From: Haloferax volcanii DS2
GTDB lineage: Archaea > Halobacteriota > Halobacteria > Halobacteriales > Haloferacaceae
Length of the DNA stretch: 32,000 nt
Assembly: GCF_000025685.1 (NCBI RefSeq)
Contig: NC_013967.1
Coordinates: 2,610,001-2,642,000, forward strand
Direction: 5' to 3'
Part shown: positions 26,789 to 32,000 of the stretch, piece by piece
Layout of the letters: every line of letters starts with the position of its first letter
Position numbering within the stretch: position 1 is the stretch's first letter
Notes under the pieces: generated by a model
Told to the model about the DNA's origin: nothing
What the model saw: only the letters and a program-made list of their open reading frames with translations
The model's database searches: none
Translations under genes and position numbers: made by a program

Positions 26789-26875
26789 ATGAACGGGACC
26801 GATCAATTCATGTTCGCCGTGACGCTTCTCATCTTCGCGCTCCTCCTCGTCGGCCTACTTCTCGCACTCGTCTAG
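26789..26875 (+). CDS. Possible hydrophobic microprotein (28-31 aa)
   Basis: MNGTDQFMFAVTLLIFALLLVGLLLALV. The AT-rich TTTTATCT box (26757-64) lies about 29 nt upstream. An alternative ATG is at 26780. Confidence 0.3.
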   Translation: MNGTDQFMFAVTLLIFALLLVGLLLALV

Positions 26876-26916
26876 GGAGAAAACTTATGTGATATTCATG
26901 GAGGATACTAGATACC

Positions 26917-27075
26917 ATGCCGGAATGTCAGAACTGTGGTTCGTTCGTGACGCCCGCATACGCCCGAGTATTCACTCCCGATGGCATGGAGAACCCGCGC
27001 GTTTGCCCGAACTGCGAGGATATGGTCCGCGACGGCGCGCAGGTGCGGGCGGCGCGCTCACCGAGAAATCACTGA
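26917..27075 (+). CDS. Zinc-ribbon microprotein (52 aa, CxxC...CPxC)
   Basis: Hand-translated ORF absent from the track: MPECQNCGSFVTPAYARVFTPDGMENPRVCPNCEDMVRDGAQVRAARSPRNH. A TATA-like CTTATGTG lies about 30 nt upstream. Confidence 0.65.
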   Translation: MPECQNCGSFVTPAYARVFTPDGMENPRVCPNCEDMVRDGAQVRAARSPRNH

Positions 27076-27087
27076 CTCGCTGGGCCG

Positions 27088-27318
27088 TCACTGAGCGACG
27101 TGGTAGTGCTCGGCGTCCTGTCGGACGAAGCCGCGCTTCGAGAGCGTGCTGAGGATGCTGTAAAGGGCGATTTTCTTCATCTCCAACCCGTTCTGCAAGT
27201 CGGAGATGGACGCGCCGTCGTGCGTGGTGAGATAGAGGTACACGAGCTTGGCCGAGGGCGATTCGAGTTCGCCGGGGACTTCGATGGTCGGAACCGTCTG
27301 TTGCATGGTCGTTGTCAT
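27088..27318 (-). CDS. Small winged-helix (TrmB/MarR-like) DNA-binding protein
   Basis: 76 aa. SAKLVYLYLTTHDGASISDLQNGLEMKKIALYSILSTLSKRGFV is an HTH plus wing pattern. The box TTTTATTATCG lies upstream. Confidence 0.65.
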   Translation of the reverse strand: MTTTMQQTVPTIEVPGELESPSAKLVYLYLTTHDGASISDLQNGLEMKKIALYSILSTLSKRGFVRQDAEHYHVAQ

Positions 27319-27528
27319 CCTCTTTGCTTCGACGATAATAAAACTCTCTTACAACAATCGTCGAAGTCTGGTGGTCGGGAGTGAGGCCGCGAACGTCACG
27401 AATTCGAGAGAATCGTCGCATCCATCACGAACGTACATCCGATTCGCTGCGGCGTTCGACGGCGCTAACTTCGACTGTCGTCGAAGGACGCGCGTCTCGG
27501 GTTCTCGGAGGACGCCGTCCCGAAGCGA

Positions 27529-27626
27529 CGGAAGGGGCGGGAGTCGAACCACGCGAAGCCATTGAAAACCACCGGACCGACCGCGAGGGCCTGTGCCGGT
27601 GTGCTCTACCACTGAGCCACCCTTCC
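27529..27626 (-). tRNA. Atypical 98-nt tRNA-like gene, isotype undetermined
   Basis: The acceptor GGAAGGG/CCCTTCC plus G73, the D arm GCTC-AGTGGTA-GAGC and the T loop TTCGACT are canonical. The T stem needs a bulged T. No canonical anticodon arm could be found by hand. Confidence 0.5.
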
Positions 27627-27650
27627 GGTCGCGCGTAGGGGTCGAGCGGG

Positions 27651-27657
27651 CAAATAG
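27651..27657 (-). promoter_or_regulatory. TATA-like box (CTATTTG) upstream of the tRNA-like gene
   Basis: It lies 25-31 nt upstream of the predicted 5' end at 27626. Confidence 0.4.
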
Positions 27658-27772
27658 GCGTTGGTGGACTCGGCCGAAGCCCTCGGCTGTGGGGCGTTGG
27701 GTTCCATGCGATGCACCGCTCGAAAGCGGCGACGAAAGAGATTGATCGCGACTCGGACGGGGCGCAGTCGGG

Positions 27773-29620
27773 TCAGTAGCTCCGCGTCTTCGGCTCGTAC
27801 GTCTTGTTCTCGCCTTCGAGGATGACCGGCTTGTACCAGAGTTCCGGGCGGCCGTCGTTCCACGAGAGCATCGTGTGCTTGAGCCACTCCTCGTCGCGGC
27901 GCTCTTGGTACTCCTTGCGCCAGTGGGCTCCGCGGAACTCGTTGCGCGCGAGTGCGCCGAGCGTGATGGCTTCCGCGATGTCGAGGATGTTGCGCATCTC
28001 CAGCGTCTGGAGGAGGTCCGTGTTGAACGTCCGCGACTTGTCGCCCACGAACACCTGCTGGTAGAGTTCGCGCGCCTCGCGGATGTCGCGAAGCGCGTCC
28101 TTGAGGGCCGACTCCTCGCGGAAGACGTTCACGTTGCGCGTCATCGACTTCTGGACGCGCTCGCGAATCTCGGCCTGCTGGATGCCGTCTTCGCGCTCCA
28201 GGAGGGTGTCGATGGTCTCGCGCTCGTCTTCGACGGCGCGCTGGACGAGGTCGGCCCCGGAGACGGACGCGCCGGCGTCCGCCGCCGTCCCGCCGTCGGC
28301 GACGGCGTCCTCACCGATACCCGCTTCGCCGAGTTCGACCGGCGAGTCGACCTCGCCGAGTTCGTACTCGCCTTCCTTGCCGGTCGTGATTTTGGCCTCC
28401 TCCATGTCCTTGCCCGCGGCGTGGTGGCCGGCGCGCTTGCCGAAGACGATGAGTTCGGGGAGCGCGTTGCCGCCGAGGCGGTTGCCGCCGTGGACGGAGG
28501 CGCAGGCGCACTCGCCTGCCGCGTAGAGACCGGAGATACAGGTCTCGCCGTTCTCGTCGGTCTCGATGCCGCCCATCGCGTAGTGCTGGCCGGGCTTGAC
28601 CGGCATCGGCGCGTCGAGGGGGTTGACGCCCTCGAAGTCCTCCGAGAGGTGGACGATGTTCTCGAGGCGGTCGATGATGCGCTCTTCGCCGAGGTGGCGC
28701 ATGTCGAGGTGGACGTACTCGTCTTCGATGCCGCGGCCCTCGTTGACCTCCGTGAGTTCGGCCCGGGAGACCACGTCGCGCGAGGCGAGTTCGCCGAGGT
28801 TGTTCGCGTAGCCGTACTCGAACATGAAGCGCTCGCCGTTCTCGTTGTAGAGGATGCCGCCCTCGCCGCGGACGCCCTCGGTGATGAGAACGCCCGTCGA
28901 GGGGAGCGTCGTCGGGTGGAACTGGATGAACTCCATGTCCTCCATCGGCGCGCCGGCGCGGTAGGCCATCGCGACGCCGTCGCCGGTGTTGGCGACCGCG
29001 TTCGTCGTGTGGTCGTAGACCTGTCCGAGCCCGCCGGTGGCGAGGATGACGCCGTTGCGGGCGCGGAAGCCCTCGACCTGGCCGGTCTGGACGTCGTAGG
29101 CGACGATGCCGTGACAGGTTCGGTCCTCCGGCTTCTCCTCGTCGGAGACGGCCAGTCGGGTCACGTGCCACTCGTCGTACACCTTGATGCCGCGCTTGAC
29201 GAGCTGCTCGTACATCGTGTGGAGCAGCTGGTGGCCCGTCTCCGCGCCCGCGTAGGTGGTCCGCGGGAACGAGAGCCCGCCGAACGGCCGCTGGCTGACG
29301 CGGCCGTCGTCGTCACGGGAGAACGCCATCCCCCAGTGTTCGAGCTTGATGGTCTCTTTCGGGCTGTCCTTACAGAGGGTCTCGGCCGCCGGCGCGTCGG
29401 CCAGATAGTCCGAGCCCTTCATCGTGTCGTAGGCGTGGTCCTCCCACGAGTCGCCTTCGCGGAGCGCGGCGTTGATGCCGCCCTCCGCCGCGCCCGTGTG
29501 ACTTCGGACCGGATGGAGCTTCGACACGATGGCCACGTCGGCCCCTTCCTCGTGTGCCGCAATCGCCGCGCGCAGGCCCGCCCCGCCCGCGCCGACTACG
29601 ATAACGTCGTGTTCGTACAT
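27773..29620 (-). CDS. sdhA: Succinate dehydrogenase flavoprotein subunit
   Basis: VIVVGAGGAGLRAA FAD-binding motif, RSHTGAAEGGINA, and HGGNRLGGNAL. Confidence 0.95.
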   Translation of the reverse strand: MYEHDVIVVGAGGAGLRAAIAAHEEGADVAIVSKLHPVRSHTGAAEGGINAALREGDSWEDHAYDTMKGSDYLADAPAAETLCKDSPKETIKLEHWGMAFSRDDDGRVSQRPFGGLSFPRTTYAGAETGHQLLHTMYEQLVKRGIKVYDEWHVTRLAVSDEEKPEDRTCHGIVAYDVQTGQVEGFRARNGVILATGGLGQVYDHTTNAVANTGDGVAMAYRAGAPMEDMEFIQFHPTTLPSTGVLITEGVRGEGGILYNENGERFMFEYGYANNLGELASRDVVSRAELTEVNEGRGIEDEYVHLDMRHLGEERIIDRLENIVHLSEDFEGVNPLDAPMPVKPGQHYAMGGIETDENGETCISGLYAAGECACASVHGGNRLGGNALPELIVFGKRAGHHAAGKDMEEAKITTGKEGEYELGEVDSPVELGEAGIGEDAVADGGTAADAGASVSGADLVQRAVEDERETIDTLLEREDGIQQAEIRERVQKSMTRNVNVFREESALKDALRDIREARELYQQVFVGDKSRTFNTDLLQTLEMRNILDIAEAITLGALARNEFRGAHWRKEYQERRDEEWLKHTMLSWNDGRPELWYKPVILEGENKTYEPKTRSY

Positions 29621-29675
29621 GGTGTGTTTGGGTGTGTCGTAGGGTTGGTCGAACTTCAGGGTTTCACCGGGAAGT

Positions 29676-30557
29676 TCACCAGAACTTCAGGTTGTTCTTA
29701 ATCGCCTCGCGCTTGAGCTCCTGGATGTGCTCCGTGAGGGGGATGTCCTTCGGGCACACCTCCGTACAGGAGAACTGGGTCTGACAGCGCCAGACGCCGT
29801 GTTCCTGTTCGAGGATTTCGAGGCGGCGCTGCTTCATGTCCTCGCCTTCGCGTTCGTCCATGGCGAAGCGGTAGGCCTTGTTGATGGCCGCGGGACCGAG
29901 ATACTCGTTGTCGCCGGCGGCGATGTTACACGAGGACATACACGCGCTACACCAGATGCAGCGGGTGGACATCTTGACCTTCTCGCGGTTCTCGCGCGTC
30001 TGGCGCTGCTCGTCGAGTTCGCCGTCCGGAAGCGAGTTCGTCTGGAAGTACGGCTCGACCGACTCCATCTGGTCGTAGAAGTGCTCCATGTCGACGACGA
30101 GGTCTTTGACCACGTCGGAGTGCGGGAGCGGTTCGACCCGAATCGGCTCCGAGAGGTCCGACAGTTGGGTCTTACAGCCGAGTCGCTGCGACCCGTTGAC
30201 GAACAGCGCGTCGGACCCACAGATTGCCTGCCGGCAGGAGTGCCGGAAGGTAAGCGAGGAGTCGTAGTGGTCCCGTGCCCACATGAGCGCGTCGAGAATC
30301 GTCATGCCCTGTTTGTACGGGACGTGGAAGTCGTCGAAGCGGGGCTCCTGTTTCTCCGGCACCTCGGGGTCGTAGCGGAAGACCTTGAGGTGGTAGGTGT
30401 CGTCCGCGGAGCGCGCTTTCTCGGCCGCCTCGGCCTCGCGCTGCTCTTGGACGCGCTCGGCGCGCTCGCGCTTTTTGGCGTCGCGCTTCTGCTTGCCGGC
30501 GGACGCCGCCTCCGTGGCCGATTCCTCCTCGACAGTTTCGGGAACTTGCGTGCTCAT
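29676..30557 (-). CDS. sdhB: Succinate dehydrogenase iron-sulfur subunit with a ~53-aa charged N-terminal extension
   Basis: CRQAICGSDALFVNG (2Fe-2S), CIWCSACMSSC and CTEVCPKDIP clusters. The start is at MSTQVPE (cat at 30555-57), a TAATG overlap with sdhD. Confidence 0.9.
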   Translation of the reverse strand: MSTQVPETVEEESATEAASAGKQKRDAKKRERAERVQEQREAEAAEKARSADDTYHLKVFRYDPEVPEKQEPRFDDFHVPYKQGMTILDALMWARDHYDSSLTFRHSCRQAICGSDALFVNGSQRLGCKTQLSDLSEPIRVEPLPHSDVVKDLVVDMEHFYDQMESVEPYFQTNSLPDGELDEQRQTRENREKVKMSTRCIWCSACMSSCNIAAGDNEYLGPAAINKAYRFAMDEREGEDMKQRRLEILEQEHGVWRCQTQFSCTEVCPKDIPLTEHIQELKREAIKNNLKFW

Positions 30558-30928
30558 TAGATGGGAACACCTCCGGCCCACTCGAGGGCCGTGCGGACGC
30601 CCTGCACGATGAGCAGGACGCTCGCGAGACCGAGAATCGCCTTGACCGCCGTCTTCCGGGTTCCAGAGAGACCCTGGTTGACGAGGGCGTTGTAGACGCC
30701 GTTGACCCCGTGGAACGTCGCGGTGACGAGGAACAGGATCATCAGCGAGAAGTACGTCAGCTGCTCCATGCGCGCCTGCGAGAGGGCGAACGTCACTTCG
30801 TCGGCGTGGTTGACGAAGTGGAGCAGGAAGAAGTGGAACGCCAGCACCACGACGAGGAAGGCGGCGGTCAGCCGCTGCCAGAGCCACCGCCGGCCGCCGG
30901 GCTCGAAGGACGTGTATCGTTCTGCCAT
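30557..30928 (-). CDS. sdhD: Succinate dehydrogenase membrane anchor subunit
   Basis: 123 aa starting at [12 protein letters not shown], with 3 TM helices and His residues (HFFLLH, FHGVNG). It lies between sdhC and sdhB. Confidence 0.8.
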   Translation of the reverse strand: MAERYTSFEPGGRRWLWQRLTAAFLVVVLAFHFFLLHFVNHADEVTFALSQARMEQLTYFSLMILFLVTATFHGVNGVYNALVNQGLSGTRKTAVKAILGLASVLLIVQGVRTALEWAGGVPI

Positions 30929-31323
30929 TAGATGCTCACCCCCGAGAGGAACGTGGGGACGCTCGCAACGACGATGACACCCGTGAGGATGAGCGACGCG
31001 TAGAAGCTCTTGTCCTGTGCTTCCAGCCCGACGCCCAGGTCGACGAACAGCAGCCGCAGCCCGTTGAGGATGTGGAACACCGCCACCGCGAGCAGCCCGA
31101 CTTCGAGAATACGCACGACCAGGAGGCTCTCGAGCGCCTGAATCGTGTTCGTGTACGCCGTCGCGCCCGAGAGGGCCGTCGACAACACGGCGATGTGGGT
31201 GAAGAGATAGCCCACAAGCACCCAGCCGGTGAACTTGTGGAATATCCAGGCCCACATGCCGGCCGAGAACTCCCGCCATCTGCTGAAGTCCTCGATGAGG
31301 CCCCGATTGTAAGACTGACTCAT
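30928..31323 (-). CDS. sdhC: Succinate dehydrogenase cytochrome b subunit
   Basis: 131 aa with 3 TM helices ([18 protein letters not shown]). It is the first gene of the sdh operon, with a TAATG overlap with sdhD. Confidence 0.8.
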   Translation of the reverse strand: MSQSYNRGLIEDFSRWREFSAGMWAWIFHKFTGWVLVGYLFTHIAVLSTALSGATAYTNTIQALESLLVVRILEVGLLAVAVFHILNGLRLLFVDLGVGLEAQDKSFYASLILTGVIVVASVPTFLSGVSI

Positions 31324-31350
31324 GCTCTTGTGAGTGTCGGGAAGGGGAGG

Positions 31351-31358
31351 GTATAGAA
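31351..31358 (-). promoter_or_regulatory. TATA-like box (TTCTATAC) for leaderless sdhCDBA
   Basis: It lies 28-35 nt upstream of the sdhC ATG. Confidence 0.45.
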
Positions 31359-31389
31359 CTTACGTGTATGGAGTTTCGTGAGGGTCGGC

Positions 31390-31394
31390 AAAAA
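31390..31394 (-). terminator. Oligo-T terminator (GATTTTTGCC)
   Basis: A T5 run on the minus strand lies about 40 nt downstream of the stop at 31433. Confidence 0.4.
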
Positions 31395-31432
31395 TCGCCG
31401 CCCCCGGGCGTCTCGGGTCGAGCCGAACGGTC

Positions 31433-32000
31433 TCAGCGCGTCGTTTCGGGGGAGCCGGACTGCTCGCGCTCGACGACGCGCCGCACCTTGTCTTTGAGTT
31501 CGACGAGGTGGCAAAGCGGGTTGCCGGGGTAGACGACCGGGTTTTCGAGGACGCCGACGAGCAGGCCCGTGAAGGGGGCGACGACCGTCACGTTGTCGTC
31601 CTTGAACGGGTTCGTAATCGTGCAGATGCGGTCGCCCTCGTGGACGAGCGCGCCGCGGTCGTGGTGCATGTCGACGATGCCGCCCGCGTCGGCGCGGAGC
31701 CACGTCTTCTCGTTTTCGTCGGAGATGACGGTGCGCCAGCCCGGCCAGTTGACCGTCGAGGTTCCTCGGAGGCCGTACTCGGCGAAGACGCTCTCGACGC
31801 CCGCCAGCGCCTCGTCGATGAGTTCGCGCTGGAAGCGGTGTGCCTCGCCCATCTCGACGGTGATGGCCGGCGTCCCGTTCGCGGACGACTCGGTTCGGAG
31901 CATCCCGCTGGACCCGGAGCTGTCGATGATGACGTGCGAGCCGAAGGCGTTGGCGAGGCGCGCGACCGCGGGGTCGGACATATCGGCGCGGACGTGGAGC
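31433..32000 (-). CDS. Succinylglutamate desuccinylase/aspartoacylase (AstE/AspA, M14-like) family protein, 5'-truncated by window edge
   Basis: The C-terminal region ...GGIVDMHHDRGALVHEGDRICTITNPF...PFTGLLVGVLENPVVYPGNPLCHLVEL is typical of this family. The reading frame stays open to the window edge. Confidence 0.6.
   Translation of the reverse strand, partial: LHVRADMSDPAVARLANAFGSHVIIDSSGSSGMLRTESSANGTPAITVEMGEAHRFQRELIDEALAGVESVFAEYGLRGTSTVNWPGWRTVISDENEKTWLRADAGGIVDMHHDRGALVHEGDRICTITNPFKDDNVTVVAPFTGLLVGVLENPVVYPGNPLCHLVELKDKVRRVVEREQSGSPETTR

Noticed and set aside
27529-27626. Attempts to explain the atypical tRNA as a standard intron-containing tRNA (Trp/Met/Gln-like) or as a type II or Sec-like tRNA.
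   Set aside because: There is no CCA, CAU or UUG anticodon context. No 37/38 intron model gives complementary 27-31/39-43 stems. The CACCGG/CCGGTG helix with flanking loops is an internal loop, not a bulge-helix-bulge. The 15-nt segment before the T arm has no variable-arm stem. The UCA-containing loop has no flanking stem. The isotype is left open.
1-32000. Window-wide look for CRISPR arrays, IS or transposase genes, integrases, toxin-antitoxin pairs and known defence-system genes.
   Set aside because: I saw no repeat-spacer periodicity, terminal inverted repeats with a transposase-like ORF, tyrosine-recombinase motifs, or nuclease/ATPase/helicase genes of defence type in any frame. The only mobile-element traces are the tRNA fragment copies reported above.

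Overview
The window looks like a haloarchaeal chromosome segment (Haloferax-like): very GC-rich with high GC3, acidic proteins, Tat/lipobox signals, and many apparently leaderless genes with a TATA-like box about 25-32 nt upstream. Most of it is ordinary core genome. The minus strand carries the classical archaeal cluster tRNA-Ser, rps13-rps4-rps11-rpoD, tRNA-Leu, rpl18e-rpl13-rps9-rpoN-rpoK-eno-rps2. rpoK is 57 aa and is missing from the ORF track. Also present are moaA, an Mrp/ApbC Fe-S carrier, a family-4 UDG, udk, a LivJ/HMGF-type ABC transporter, and sdhCDBA. The window holds four clear tRNAs and one atypical tRNA-like gene. I found no CRISPR array, IS element, integrase or recognisable defence system. 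Items worth a second look: (1) the LivJ-type substrate-binding lipoprotein appears circularly permuted (signal peptide, then C-terminal half, linker, N-terminal half); (2) a 98-nt promoter-equipped tRNA-like gene upstream of sdhA has no canonical anticodon arm under any single-intron model I could build; (3) a degenerate 3'-half copy of tRNA-Ser(UGA) sits about 75 nt downstream of the intact gene, resembling a fossil att site, with a strong hairpin between them; (4) two accessory genes carry -1 frame disruptions while all core genes are intact; (5) a small tRNA-flanked islet of microprotein genes (zinc ribbon, wHTH, tiny membrane peptides). All calls come from reading the sequence and translations by eye. 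No database search or covariance model was run.
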